Positions 21,244-31,479 of a stretch of DNA of 64,000 bases are shown here, one piece after another. Below the pieces are notes generated by a model, which was not told the origin of the DNA, did no database searches, and saw only the letters and a program-made list of their open reading frames with translations. Within the stretch, counting starts at the first letter, position 1, and the number at the start of each line of letters is the position of its first letter. Origin of the DNA: Oceanispirochaeta sp. (GTDB lineage: Bacteria; Spirochaetota; Spirochaetia; DSM-2461); the NCBI GenBank assembly GCA_963663385.2, contig CAXXXD010000001.1, positions 480,001-544,000 of the forward strand, given 5' to 3'. The position numbers and the translations under genes are program-made.

Positions 21244-22467
21244 ATGAGCAATACTTCAACACAGGATGTTATAATGACAGTTAGCAATGAGAGCGATACG
21301 GTTACCCGGATTCAGCTGGGTGAACGGGAAATTATATTGATGGGCACCGCCCATGTCTCCAGTGAGAGTGTGGAACAGGTTGCCGAAGCAATCCGTCAGG
21401 AAAGCCCTGATCGGGTATGCGTCGAAATCGACTCGGGACGCTATCAGTCCCTTACACAGAAAGACAACTGGCAGCAGATGAATCTGAACAAGGTTTTCAG
21501 GGAGAAAAAGGGATTTCTTCTCCTTGCAAACCTGGTTCTGTCCTCTTTTCAGAGAAAGGTCGGTATGAACTCGGGTGTGAAACCCGGGGAAGAGATGAAA
21601 AAGGCTGTAGAAGTTGCGACAGAACTGAATATCCCTTTTTCTTTCAGCGACCGGCCGGTACAGATAACCCTTCAGAGAGCCTGGGCCAGGAGCAATTTCT
21701 GGAATAAAATGAAACTGCTGGCTTCACTGATCAGTTCCGTTTTTTCAAAAGAGGAAGTGGATGCGGAAGAAGTGGAAGCGTTGAAACAGAAAGGCGCTCT
21801 GGAAGATATGATGGGAGAGTTGGCTGACTATCTGCCCACTGTTAAATCCGTTCTGATCGATGAAAGGGATCAGTTTCTGGCAACGAATATCTATAAGGCC
21901 AGGGGAAACAAGGTCCTGGCTGTAGTCGGGGCCGGTCATATGGCAGGTATGGTGGAATGGATCCGGAATCTTTCGGAAAACAGGGTCAGCGACGATCTGA
22001 GTGAGATTTCCAAACTTCCTCCAAAAAAGTTTGGCAGTAAAATTCTGCCCTGGGTTATACCAGTATTTATTCTCTGTATTATCACAGCCGGTTTTATTAC
22101 TTCAGGTGTGGATCTGGGTGTGCGGATGCTGGTTATCTGGATTCTCTCCAACGGTACCCTGGCTGCACTGGGAACTCTTCTGGCTCTTGGCCATCCTCTG
22201 ACTATACTGGGCTCTTTCCTGGCGGCGCCTATTACCAGTATGAATCCGACAATCGGTGTGGGAATGGTTTCGGGCATTATGGAGTACTTTTTCCGGAAAC
22301 CCCGGGTGGAAGATATGGAAAAACTGCAGGATGACGCTACAACATTGAAGGGCTGGTACAGAAACCGGATTTCAAGGGTTCTGCTTGTTTTCTTTTTCTC
22401 ATCCCTGGGCAGTTCCATCGGAACGTTTTACGCCCTTCCCCGGATTTCCCTGCTGCTCGGGGGCTGA
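21244..22467 (+). CDS. TraB/GumN (pheromone shutdown-like) family protein
   Basis: GTAHVS, VCVEID, PGEEM, DRP..ITL.RAW, LIDERD, VVGAGH plus C-terminal TM helices; start uncertain. Confidence 0.88.
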   Translation: MSNTSTQDVIMTVSNESDTVTRIQLGEREIILMGTAHVSSESVEQVAEAIRQESPDRVCVEIDSGRYQSLTQKDNWQQMNLNKVFREKKGFLLLANLVLSSFQRKVGMNSGVKPGEEMKKAVEVATELNIPFSFSDRPVQITLQRAWARSNFWNKMKLLASLISSVFSKEEVDAEEVEALKQKGALEDMMGELADYLPTVKSVLIDERDQFLATNIYKARGNKVLAVVGAGHMAGMVEWIRNLSENRVSDDLSEISKLPPKKFGSKILPWVIPVFILCIITAGFITSGVDLGVRMLVIWILSNGTLAALGTLLALGHPLTILGSFLAAPITSMNPTIGVGMVSGIMEYFFRKPRVEDMEKLQDDATTLKGWYRNRISRVLLVFFFSSLGSSIGTFYALPRISLLLGG

Positions 22468-22532
22468 AGCCAGTCCCTTGACCTCCCTCTAACCCTCTCC
22501 AGAAGAGGGGGCCACGGGGAGGCCCTGAATCT

Positions 22533-23906
22533 TTATCCTTTGGAGGGAGTAAACACCTTCCGGATACTCTCTTTAATATCTGTTGCGATAATGGGGGCTT
22601 GACCTTTCCATTCCTCACCTTCGGGGGGGAGTTTGGGAAGGAGTATTCTTTTGAAGCCCATCTCTCCTGCTGCGTTCATCCGTTTTTTCAGGTGGGATAC
22701 CGGACGAATTTCACCGGTCAGGCTCATCTCCCCCAGGGCTATCAGATCGGCGGGCAGGGAAATCCCTGTACGGGCGGAGTAAATTGCCAGAGCTAAAGGA
22801 AGTTCCATCCCTATTTCGGCAATCTTCATGCCTCCGGCCACATTAATATAGATATCCTGATCGGAAAAGCGGATCCCGGCGTGTTTTTCCATAATGGCAG
22901 CCAGACGGGAGATCCTTCCCGATTCAATTCTGTCTGAAAAAATCCGTGATACAGCGCCCTTGGCCGGAACTGTTAGAGCCTGAATTTCTACAAGAAGAAC
23001 ACGGGATCCTTCAAAAACCGGAGCTACAGCTATACCGGGAGGAAAAATACCGTCCCGGTCTTCCAGGAACAGTCCTTCCGGGTTCCCCACCTGTTTCAAC
23101 CCGTCCGATTCCATTCGGAAGAGGCCTATCTCATCAACCGAACCAAAACGGTTTTTAGTGGACCTCAGTACCCGCAGGTCATTTCCTGTATGATCGAAAT
23201 AGAGAACAGTGTCCACCATATGCTCAATGACTTTTGGACCGGCTATGGAGCCTTCCTTGGTGACATGAGCTACCAGGAAAAGCACGGACCCGCTCTCCCG
23301 GGCCCAGTTGATCAGTTCAAAGCAGCCGTACTTCAATTGATTCACCGTACCGGGGACCAGTCCCTGAGTGGGAGAGTGAAGGGTTTGAATGGAATCAATT
23401 ATAACCATAGCCGGTTTTCGGTCTTTCAGAACATTCAGTATCTCCTCAATGCCTGATTCGCAGAATACGGTCAGATTTTCATCATTAACATTCAGCCTGT
23501 CTGCCCGGATTTTGATCTGCCCGGGGGACTCCTCTCCTGATATATAGAGAACTTCTCCGTTACGGCAGGACTCCCGGGCAATCTGAAGCATCATGGTGGA
23601 TTTTCCGATTCCCGGTTCCCCTCCAAGGAGAATCGAGGATCCGGACACGAGACCGCCTCCCAGCACCTGATCGGCCTCCTGTATTCCGCAGGTGACCCGG
23701 GCAGCCGAGTCAGCTTCAATTTTCTGTATGGATTGAGGTTCTGTCGTCTTTCTGACCTGTCCGGCAGGGGAGACAGAAGGAGCGTGAATGGTCTGTTCCC
23801 GGAAGGTATTCCACTCTCCGCAACCGGGACAGTGCCCCAGCCACTTTGGTTCCTCATGGCCGCATCCGGTGCAGAAAAATACGGTTTTACTCTTTGATTT
23901 GGCCAT
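22533..23906 (-). CDS. radA: DNA repair protein RadA/Sms
   Basis: C4 zinc finger, GEPGIGKST, KNRFG, Lon-like C-terminus. Confidence 0.96.
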   Translation of the reverse strand: MAKSKSKTVFFCTGCGHEEPKWLGHCPGCGEWNTFREQTIHAPSVSPAGQVRKTTEPQSIQKIEADSAARVTCGIQEADQVLGGGLVSGSSILLGGEPGIGKSTMMLQIARESCRNGEVLYISGEESPGQIKIRADRLNVNDENLTVFCESGIEEILNVLKDRKPAMVIIDSIQTLHSPTQGLVPGTVNQLKYGCFELINWARESGSVLFLVAHVTKEGSIAGPKVIEHMVDTVLYFDHTGNDLRVLRSTKNRFGSVDEIGLFRMESDGLKQVGNPEGLFLEDRDGIFPPGIAVAPVFEGSRVLLVEIQALTVPAKGAVSRIFSDRIESGRISRLAAIMEKHAGIRFSDQDIYINVAGGMKIAEIGMELPLALAIYSARTGISLPADLIALGEMSLTGEIRPVSHLKKRMNAAGEMGFKRILLPKLPPEGEEWKGQAPIIATDIKESIRKVFTPSKG

Positions 23907-23914
23907 GAATCAGT

Positions 23915-24919
23915 TTATTGAAAGTCGATCAGTTCGATATCGAATATCAGCCAGGCATCGGGAGGGATGGGGCCGTAACCTTTGGATCCGTAGGCCAGCT
24001 CAGGGGGAAGCAGGATGGTTCTCTGTTCACCCGGCTGCATGCTGAGGGCCGTTTCCACCCAGCCCGGAATCACTCCGTCCTCTCCCAGAGTAAAAGAGAA
24101 GGGTTCGCCTCTCAGGTAGGAATTATCAAACTCCTGTCCGGAAAGAAGGCGCCCTGAGTAGTGCATCTGAACGGTATTTCCGGGGCGGGGATTTCCGCCC
24201 TTTCCTTCCTTGTGCACCTTGTAATAGATTCCGGTTTCACTCTTTTGTACCCCTTCGCCGAGAGAGACCAGTATTTCGGCGACAACCGGGTATTTGCGGG
24301 CGAACTCCTCCCGGCTTTTTTCTCTGGCATCTTCTATCAGGGCTGCTACGCTGTTTCTGTCGGGCTGAAAAGCCTCCGCTTCTGCTCCGATTCTGAGAAT
24401 TTCAATTTTTGCTTTACTATTTTCCCTGATTTTACCCAGGACTTCCTGACCCTGGATAATTTTGGCAAAAGCAGTATATTTACTGTCCAGAAAAGCATCC
24501 CCCCCAATGAGAATCATAAACCGGCTGCCATGGTCTTCTCCCTGGCGGGAGGCCATGGTAATCGCACCCGGAGTCCCATTGGAATACTGTCCCCCGTTTT
24601 CCCGGGGAAAGGTATAATCTCCTTTTCCGTTGTCTTCCGCTTCTCCGGAGAAGAGAGCGTAACCGGGTATGACTTTATAGAATGAGAGATCCTCATAGGA
24701 GGACGTTTCCGTTTTATCTTCCGCATTGGCTACGAAGTTTGAAACGGTTAAAGGCAGATTTTCATAATCCAGCTGGAAAAGCAGATCGCCCTTGGCAGTG
24801 GATATTTTTGCATAAACCCCGTCGCTTAAAGCAGCCGTTTCTTCAGATGCCAGCATAAACATACCGGCAGTCAGAGTGATGAGGGTTAAAAGGATTCGTT
24901 TCATATAGGGTCTCTCCAT
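23915..24919 (-). CDS. Secreted cyclophilin-FKBP dual-domain PPIase with a divergent cyclophilin domain
   Basis: Signal peptide; FKBP motifs HYSG..FDNS..VIPGW..LAYG. Confidence 0.85.
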   Translation of the reverse strand: MERPYMKRILLTLITLTAGMFMLASEETAALSDGVYAKISTAKGDLLFQLDYENLPLTVSNFVANAEDKTETSSYEDLSFYKVIPGYALFSGEAEDNGKGDYTFPRENGGQYSNGTPGAITMASRQGEDHGSRFMILIGGDAFLDSKYTAFAKIIQGQEVLGKIRENSKAKIEILRIGAEAEAFQPDRNSVAALIEDAREKSREEFARKYPVVAEILVSLGEGVQKSETGIYYKVHKEGKGGNPRPGNTVQMHYSGRLLSGQEFDNSYLRGEPFSFTLGEDGVIPGWVETALSMQPGEQRTILLPPELAYGSKGYGPIPPDAWLIFDIELIDFQ

Positions 24920-24927
24920 ATCTCGTA

Positions 24928-25959
24928 TTAGAAATCCAGCAGTTCTATCTCAAAAACCAGCCAGGCATTGGGAGGAATCACGCCGCCGGCTCCGCGGCTG
25001 CCGTATGCCAGCTCGGGAGGAAGGATGATCGTTCTCTTTTCGCCTTTTTTCATATCCAGGAGGGTTTCGTCCCAACCGGAAATAACCTGTCCGACACCAA
25101 CCTGCACATCAAAGGGCTGCCCTCTCTGAACGGAGCTGTCAAAAACCTTTCCGTCCATAAACATACCAGTGTAGTGGGCTGTTACCTTTGTTCCGACAGA
25201 GGGTTTGTTTCCGGAGCCTTCCTTCTCGATTATATAGCGGATTCCGGAATCACTTACCTGAGCATCGGGCCATTTAACTTTGATCTCATCCAGAACGGTT
25301 TTCTGAGCCTCTTCCATAGCTGTTCTCGCTGCGGCTGCCTGTTCGGCCTGAAAGGTGTCAAAAGCATCCTGATCATTCCGGAAGGCTTCCGCCCTGGCGC
25401 CGACACGGATAATTTCTACGGTCTTTATGGTATCGTTCTGTTTGATCTTGTCTACCACATCCTGACCTTCCACAACCGTGCCGAAGATGGTGTGTTTTCC
25501 CTGCAGCCAGGGAGTTTCCACATGGGTGATAAAAAACTGACTGCCGTTGGTACCGGGTCCGGCATTGGCCATGGCCAGCTTGCCGGGACCGTCGAACACG
25601 AGGGAATCGGCGATTTCATCACCGAATTTGTACCCGGGACCGCCTGTTCCGTTCCCCTGGGGATCTCCGCCCTGGATCATGAAATTGTCGATAACACGGT
25701 GAAATTTCAGACCATCGTAGAAGGGACCCTCTTTTACGGGGGTGTCCATTTTCCCTTCGGCCAGCCCGGTAAAGTTAATTACTGTCATGGGGGTTTTTTC
25801 ATATTCCAGAGAGATCAGAATCTCACCCCTGTTTGTATCGATCAGAGCGTATAGGCCATCGCTCAAGTTGCTTCTGTCTGCTGCGCAAGCACTCATAATA
25901 GTTGATATGAGCAGCATTCCTGATATGAGATTTTTTTTCCCGAATAAGGGCTTACTCAT
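24928..25959 (-). CDS. Cyclophilin-FKBP dual-domain PPIase, probable lipoprotein
   Basis: [51 protein letters not shown]; lipobox-like MSAC. Confidence 0.92.
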   Translation of the reverse strand: MSKPLFGKKNLISGMLLISTIMSACAADRSNLSDGLYALIDTNRGEILISLEYEKTPMTVINFTGLAEGKMDTPVKEGPFYDGLKFHRVIDNFMIQGGDPQGNGTGGPGYKFGDEIADSLVFDGPGKLAMANAGPGTNGSQFFITHVETPWLQGKHTIFGTVVEGQDVVDKIKQNDTIKTVEIIRVGARAEAFRNDQDAFDTFQAEQAAAARTAMEEAQKTVLDEIKVKWPDAQVSDSGIRYIIEKEGSGNKPSVGTKVTAHYTGMFMDGKVFDSSVQRGQPFDVQVGVGQVISGWDETLLDMKKGEKRTIILPPELAYGSRGAGGVIPPNAWLVFEIELLDF

Positions 25960-26087
25960 ACTTCCTCCTGTGTTTGGTATTCTGTTAAGGTAAACACCCC
26001 GGCAGGTAAAATGTTACATGTACCGGACTGTCTATCAGAGCATAACACTAATAGAAGGTTGAATCAATTCTGAAGATTCAGACAGAT

Positions 26088-27080
26088 ATGTATAGAAAAC
26101 AGAGGGAGCTAATAATGAAAACACAGCAGATAAAACAAAATCCCGGTTATCTAATTGCCATGCTCAGTGCACTGATTCTGTCAACAACAGGAATCTTTAT
26201 CGCATATCTGTCAAATGAGTTCTCCCTGCCTCCCATTGTTCTCTCTTTCTGGCGGGAGCTCCTGGTTTTCCTGGTTCTGCTGATTTATCTGCTGATCAGA
26301 AATCCCCGTGCTGTTGATCCTAAAGGAAAAAACTTTTCCCTGCTTATCCCTTATGGTGTGATTCTGGCGGTTTTCAATGCTTTATGGACCTTCTCGGTTG
26401 TTCTGAACGGAGCCGCTCTTGGAACATTCCTTGTTTATACCAGTCCGATTTTCACAGCGCTTCTCAGCCGCCTGCTGTTCAGGGATAAAATGAGTGCTCT
26501 CCATCTGATCTGCATTCTCCTGAGCCTTACGGGCTGTCTGTTTATTTCCGGGATTCTATCCGAATCGGGCGGGTCTGTTTCTCTATTGGGTCTGGTTATC
26601 GGCCTACTGGCAGGATTGGCCTATAGCGGGTATACCATTATGGGGAAACAGGCAGGTAACGGGGCCGCGGCGGACGATATCTGGGGAACCCTGTGCTGGA
26701 TCTTCGGGATTGCGGCGGTGTGCATGTTTTTTATGAACCGGCTGACTGCTTTTCTACCGTCCTCGGCCTACCCGCTGGGAGGAAGACTTCTGTATCTGGG
26801 CTCCTCTTACAAGGGGTGGCTTATTCTGTTTCTTCTGGCAGCCGTTCCGACTCTTACAGGATTCGGCTTCTATAACTTAAGCCTTAAGTACCTGCCGCCG
26901 CTAACTGTCAGCCTGATTGCTTCTTCAGAGCCGGCTTTCACAGCAGTTCTGGCCTATTTCCTCCTTAAGGAGAGGATGGATTCGTTTTCAGCACTCGGAT
27001 GCTGTTTGATCCTTCTATCGGTTATTCTGATTCAAACCGGGATTCCCGTATTCCGCCGGGCCGATTCCTTGACAGGATAA
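26088..27080 (+). CDS. EamA/DMT family transporter
   Basis: About 10 hydrophobic helices, YTSPIFT and SEPAFT motifs. Confidence 0.85.
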   Translation: MYRKQRELIMKTQQIKQNPGYLIAMLSALILSTTGIFIAYLSNEFSLPPIVLSFWRELLVFLVLLIYLLIRNPRAVDPKGKNFSLLIPYGVILAVFNALWTFSVVLNGAALGTFLVYTSPIFTALLSRLLFRDKMSALHLICILLSLTGCLFISGILSESGGSVSLLGLVIGLLAGLAYSGYTIMGKQAGNGAAADDIWGTLCWIFGIAAVCMFFMNRLTAFLPSSAYPLGGRLLYLGSSYKGWLILFLLAAVPTLTGFGFYNLSLKYLPPLTVSLIASSEPAFTAVLAYFLLKERMDSFSALGCCLILLSVILIQTGIPVFRRADSLTG

Positions 27081-27097
27081 TTGGCTGACGATACAAT
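27069..27097 (+). promoter_or_regulatory. Sigma70 promoter of the pheST leader
   Basis: TTGACA (27069-74), 17 bp spacer, TACAAT (27092-97). Confidence 0.8.
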
Positions 27098-27107
27098 ATC
27101 TCCCAAT

Positions 27108-27194
27108 ATGACAAAGCCCTTTTTCTTTTTTAATTTTTTTACTCACTTTTTCTTTTTCAGCTTTATAAGCGGGAAGAGGCCGGGGCTTTCATAA
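27108..27194 (+). CDS. Phe-rich attenuator leader peptide MTKPFFFFNFFTHFFFFSFISGKRPGLS (PheM-like)
   Basis: Manual translation gives 11 Phe in 28 codons, directly upstream of a terminator and pheS. Confidence 0.85.
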   Translation: MTKPFFFFNFFTHFFFFSFISGKRPGLS

Positions 27195-27211
27195 AGAACG
27201 TTTGTTCAAAT

Positions 27212-27269
27212 GAGCCGCAGAGGGTTTCTTCCCATAATGAGGATGGAAACCTGCTGCGGCTCTTTTTTT
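27212..27269 (+). terminator. Attenuator terminator of pheST
   Basis: GAGCCGCAG...CTGCGGCTC followed by T7; inner GGTTTC/GAAACC pairing. Confidence 0.85.
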
Positions 27270-27320
27270 GTCTGGTGTATTAAATGGAATCTAATATAAA
27301 TAAGGAATGAGAGGTCCAGG

Positions 27321-28364
27321 ATGGAACAGAATCTGGAAAATCTGAAAAATGAATTTGCCGAAGCCCTTGAAGCGGTGCAAGACCGTCCGGCGCTGGTAAA
27401 CCTGAAGGCGGATTTCCTGGGAAAGAAGGGAAAGTTGAATTCAATCCTTAAATCCCTGAAAGACGCTTCCCCCGAAGTAAAAAAATCTTTGGGAATGAAA
27501 TCCAATCAGCTGAAAGAGACAATACTGGCGGGAGTCGAAAAAAAAATGACCCAGCTGGAATTGTCTGAGATTAATGAGCGCCTGATGAAGAACTGGCAGG
27601 ATGTAACCCTCCGCGGATCAATTCGAGATAATGGTTTGAATGCAGCCGGCTATCATCCGGTAAGCATCATTCAGAGAGAGATAGAGGATATTTTTCTGTC
27701 CATGGGGTTTGAGATTCTGGACGGTCCCCATATTGAGGATGATTACCATAATTTTGAAGCCTTGAATATCCCCGAAACCCATCCGGCCCGTGATATGCAG
27801 GATACTTTCTGGTTTGCGGATATGCAGCACCTGCTGAGAACCCACACATCCTGTATTCAGGCCAGGGGAATGGAAACCCGGCAGCCACCCTTTAAATTCA
27901 TCGGTCCCGGTAAGGTCTTTCGCTGCGAAGCAACCGATGCATCCCATGAGGCGGCCTTTCATCAGCTGGAAGGGATGATGGTCGGAAAAGACATTTCCGT
28001 TGCCAACCTGATCTACTTTATGAAAACACTGTTGAGCGAGATTTTTCAGAAGGATGTCAATGTACGCCTTCGTCCGGGATTCTTTCCCTTTGTGGAACCG
28101 GGATTCGAACTGGATATCGAGTGCCTGATCTGCGGCGGCAAAGGCTGCTCTGTCTGTAAGCAGTCCGGTTGGGTGGAACTGCTTCCCTGTGGAATGGTTC
28201 ACCCCAATGTTCTGAAAGCCGGCGGAGTAGATCCGGAGGAGTATAATGGTTTCGCCTTTGGCCTCGGACTGGACCGCCTTGTTATGATGCGATACGGGAT
28301 TGATGATATCCGCCATCTGCACAGCGGAAATCTCTCATTCGTCTCACAATTTAAAGCGTACTGA
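27321..28364 (+). CDS. pheS: Phenylalanine-tRNA ligase alpha subunit (bacterial type)
   Basis: NFEALNIP..HPARDMQDTF, LLRTHTS, FHQLEG, FPFVEP, GFAFGLGLDR. Confidence 0.97.
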   Translation: MEQNLENLKNEFAEALEAVQDRPALVNLKADFLGKKGKLNSILKSLKDASPEVKKSLGMKSNQLKETILAGVEKKMTQLELSEINERLMKNWQDVTLRGSIRDNGLNAAGYHPVSIIQREIEDIFLSMGFEILDGPHIEDDYHNFEALNIPETHPARDMQDTFWFADMQHLLRTHTSCIQARGMETRQPPFKFIGPGKVFRCEATDASHEAAFHQLEGMMVGKDISVANLIYFMKTLLSEIFQKDVNVRLRPGFFPFVEPGFELDIECLICGGKGCSVCKQSGWVELLPCGMVHPNVLKAGGVDPEEYNGFAFGLGLDRLVMMRYGIDDIRHLHSGNLSFVSQFKAY

Positions 28365-28379
28365 TCGGGGGAATAAACA

Positions 28380-30797
28380 ATGTATATATCAATAGACTGG
28401 ATTAAAGATTATGTGGAACTGCCGGATCTTTCTCCGGAAGAGCTGGCAGTCCGCTTTACCATGGCCACCTGCGAGGTGGAGGAAGTTAAAACCACTGGAG
28501 CGCTGCTGGAAAAGGTCAGGATCGTACAAATTACTGAAATACAGAATCATCCCGATTCCGATCACCTTCACCTGGTGAAGTTTACAGATGGGAAAGGCAG
28601 CTGGGAAGTTGTCTGCGGAGCTCCCAATGTGGCTGTGGGAAAGAAAGTTCCCTATGCCCCACTGGGAACGACCTTTGCCGGAGGGTTTACCCTGGTTCCG
28701 AAAAAGATCCGCGGAATCATGTCCGAGGGCATGCTCTGCAGTGAGACCGAACTGGAAATCGGTAACGATGATTCGGGTCTGAAGATCTTCCCGGATGATG
28801 CACCTCTTGGGATTTCCGTTGCAGAATACCTGGGTGTCAAGGGCGATATCCTCTTTGATATTGATAATAAATCCATTACTCATCGCCCCGATCTCTGGGG
28901 GCACTATGGAATGGCCAGAGAGTTCGCTGCGGTTTTCCGGAATGAGCTTAAAAATCCTTTTAGTTTGGAGTGGGAGAAGAAAATTCAGGGATGGTTCAGC
29001 AGCGATAAACCTCCCGTGACGATTGAAGTGGATAAAGACTCTGCCAACCTGGGATTCAAAGGGCTTTCCATGGACAATATCACCATCAAGGACAGCCCCC
29101 AATGGATGCAGGAAAGGCTGAATGCCTGTGGGATGCGGCCCATTAATAATATAGTTGATATCTCCAACTATGTTATGCTGGAGCTGGGTATGCCCAACCA
29201 TATTTTTGACCGGGATACAAACCGCGGCGGCAGGATCGTTGTAAGAAGAGCCGGTGAGAACATGAAATTCACCACTCTTGATGAGGTTGAGCGGGATATA
29301 GTGCCTACTGACACTATGGTCTGCGATGCGGAAGGACCTGCCAGCATAGCCGGGATCATGGGTGGTCTGGATAGCGGTATTGCTGATACAACAAGCCGGA
29401 TTTTTCTGGAAGCGGCCAACTGGGTGGATGCGGAAGTCCGCCGTACTTCAACTCGTCTGGGGCTGAGGACCGATGCCCTGCAGCGCTATGAAAAATCTCT
29501 GGACAGCCAGATGCTGGATAATACCATCTACCGTCTGGTTGAGCTGATTAAGGAAAGCTGCCCGGAGGCTACTGTAGTAGGCGGTATTGTAGAAGATAAT
29601 ATGCCTGAATATACTCCGTTGGTTATTAAAATTTCTGCCAGCCGGGTTTGTCAGGTACTGGGTAAGGAAATTCCGGCAGAAGAGATTATCCGCATTCTGG
29701 AATCCCTTGATTTTGGGATTGCCCGGGAGGGAGACTCTCTGACAGTTACTGTTCCTTCCTATCGTTCTACCAAAGACATTGAGTGTGAGGCAGATATTAT
29801 TGAGGAGATCGGGCGGGTTATCGGTTACGATAATATTACCCCGGCTTCTCCCATGAATGCCATTACATCGGTTCGCCTTTCAGAGGCTCTCCAGATGTCC
29901 AGGAAAATCAAGGACTACCTTGTCTTAAACGGGAAATCCCTGGAAATCATGACCTACCCCATGGTAGGAGAAAAGCTTCTGGATCAGGCTTTCTGGCCGG
30001 AAAAAAATGAGAATCTGGTTCTGGTCAATGCTATGAGTCCGGAACATGACCGGATGCGTCCATCCATGATCCCCAGTCTTTTGAATACGGCGTCTCTTAA
30101 CCAGAAAACATGGAGCTCCTTCCGTATGTTTGAGATGGGACGCTCCTATATTCAGGATGATAAGGAATTCTCTAAAGAGCGGTATCAGCTTGGCGTGGTT
30201 TTTTTTGATAGGAAAAGGTCTCCCTTTATTGAGGTTGCTGATACCATGGAAGGTCTGATGAACAGCCTGAATCTTCCTTTCCGGATAACCACCGGTTACA
30301 ATAAGCAGAACCCCCTTTTACCGGAAGAGTGGCCCGGACGCCATCCCTCAGATTACCTGGATATTCAGGTAATGGGCGGAAGCTGCGGATTCATTACATC
30401 TGTTCATCCTCTGGTTTGCCGAAACTTCAAGATTAAGGGGCAGCTGGTTATGGCTGTTCTGGATTTGACAGACTTTCAGGATAAAAAGATGAAGGATAAG
30501 ACAAAGTATAAACCTCTGGCTAAATTCCCCTCATCAACCTTTGACTGTACCGTTGTTACAGACTCCCGGACTCCCGCTGAGGATGTGGTTAAGGCCATGG
30601 GAAGGATGAAGATGAAAGAGCTGGACTGGGTTCGAATCGTGGATATATTCCAGCTATCTGAGGAACAGAAGACAATAACAGTCCGAACCTCATTCAGCGA
30701 TGCGGAAAAGACCCTTTCGGGTGACTTTATCCGGGAAGCTGAAGACAAGGTTGTGGAAACCCTGAAAAAAGCAGGATTCCCCCTGAAAATGGGCTGA
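28380..30797 (+). CDS. pheT: Phenylalanine-tRNA ligase beta subunit (bacterial type, with tRNA-binding and C-terminal anticodon-binding domains)
   Basis: VVCGAPNV, RGIMSEGMLCS, RPINNIVDISNYVMLE, IEEIGRVIGYD; 805 aa. Confidence 0.96.
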   Translation: MYISIDWIKDYVELPDLSPEELAVRFTMATCEVEEVKTTGALLEKVRIVQITEIQNHPDSDHLHLVKFTDGKGSWEVVCGAPNVAVGKKVPYAPLGTTFAGGFTLVPKKIRGIMSEGMLCSETELEIGNDDSGLKIFPDDAPLGISVAEYLGVKGDILFDIDNKSITHRPDLWGHYGMAREFAAVFRNELKNPFSLEWEKKIQGWFSSDKPPVTIEVDKDSANLGFKGLSMDNITIKDSPQWMQERLNACGMRPINNIVDISNYVMLELGMPNHIFDRDTNRGGRIVVRRAGENMKFTTLDEVERDIVPTDTMVCDAEGPASIAGIMGGLDSGIADTTSRIFLEAANWVDAEVRRTSTRLGLRTDALQRYEKSLDSQMLDNTIYRLVELIKESCPEATVVGGIVEDNMPEYTPLVIKISASRVCQVLGKEIPAEEIIRILESLDFGIAREGDSLTVTVPSYRSTKDIECEADIIEEIGRVIGYDNITPASPMNAITSVRLSEALQMSRKIKDYLVLNGKSLEIMTYPMVGEKLLDQAFWPEKNENLVLVNAMSPEHDRMRPSMIPSLLNTASLNQKTWSSFRMFEMGRSYIQDDKEFSKERYQLGVVFFDRKRSPFIEVADTMEGLMNSLNLPFRITTGYNKQNPLLPEEWPGRHPSDYLDIQVMGGSCGFITSVHPLVCRNFKIKGQLVMAVLDLTDFQDKKMKDKTKYKPLAKFPSSTFDCTVVTDSRTPAEDVVKAMGRMKMKELDWVRIVDIFQLSEEQKTITVRTSFSDAEKTLSGDFIREAEDKVVETLKKAGFPLKMG

Positions 30798-30821
30798 TGA
30801 AAAAAGTTGAATAATTGATCG

Positions 30822-30847
30822 GGCCGGGAGAATATCCCGGCCTTATT
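30822..30847 (+). terminator. Probable pheST terminator
   Basis: GGCCGGGA-gaata-TCCCGGCC followed by TTATT. Confidence 0.6.
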
Positions 30848-30895
30848 TATTATAAAAAGCTGTTCCATTTGTTATGATTAAAAGATAACGAATTT

Positions 30896-31468
30896 TCAGC
30901 CTTTTTTTGTTTTGGCGTCTATACTCCCCATTATAACAAACCCATCGATGTGGATAAGGGGGCCGCTGCTTTCGGACTGTACTCTATTCTCAATAGATCC
31001 CAGGATGGGGACTCCCTTGGATGTTACCCGTACACCGGGAGGGAATTTCATCTCTATGCTGCCCATGAAGGCAAAGGCTTTTATGATGGTTGTTTCCGGG
31101 TAGAACCGGGCATCCCTGAAATCCAGGACCTGACTACCCAGTACGGCCGAGACATCCAGCTGTCTGGGTACATCCCACTGTCCTCGTCTGGTATTACTGC
31201 CCAGGAGTGTAAAAAAAGAGTCGCTCTCTATTTCACTCACCTGGAAATCTGCGGTTGTATGAGGCTGCTCATTCCCTTCAGGAAGAGGCAGGTCTTCCAT
31301 CAGAGAGAGGATTCCTGTTTTACCCTCTGTTCTGTTGAGAATATCCAGGCGCCTTTCCAGCTCTGTAATGGAAATATGGTTGTGCGCATAGGCCCACTGA
31401 AGCTGTTTCTCCGCCTCCTTCCGCAGTTCTTCAGTGCTGATATTCTGAAAATGGTGTAAAATGGGCAT
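30896..31468 (-). CDS. DUF1707/LiaF-like protein
   Basis: N-terminal LQWAYA..ISITELERRL; C-terminal beta-rich RRGQW..LDFRDA..FMGSIE..PPG. Confidence 0.7.
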   Translation of the reverse strand: MPILHHFQNISTEELRKEAEKQLQWAYAHNHISITELERRLDILNRTEGKTGILSLMEDLPLPEGNEQPHTTADFQVSEIESDSFFTLLGSNTRRGQWDVPRQLDVSAVLGSQVLDFRDARFYPETTIIKAFAFMGSIEMKFPPGVRVTSKGVPILGSIENRVQSESSGPLIHIDGFVIMGSIDAKTKKG

Positions 31469-31479
31469 TGTTAGCTCCT

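Noticed and set aside
27100..27270. T-box riboswitch upstream of pheS
   Set aside because: No T-box consensus (AGGGTGGNACCGCG) precedes the terminator; leader-peptide attenuation fits better
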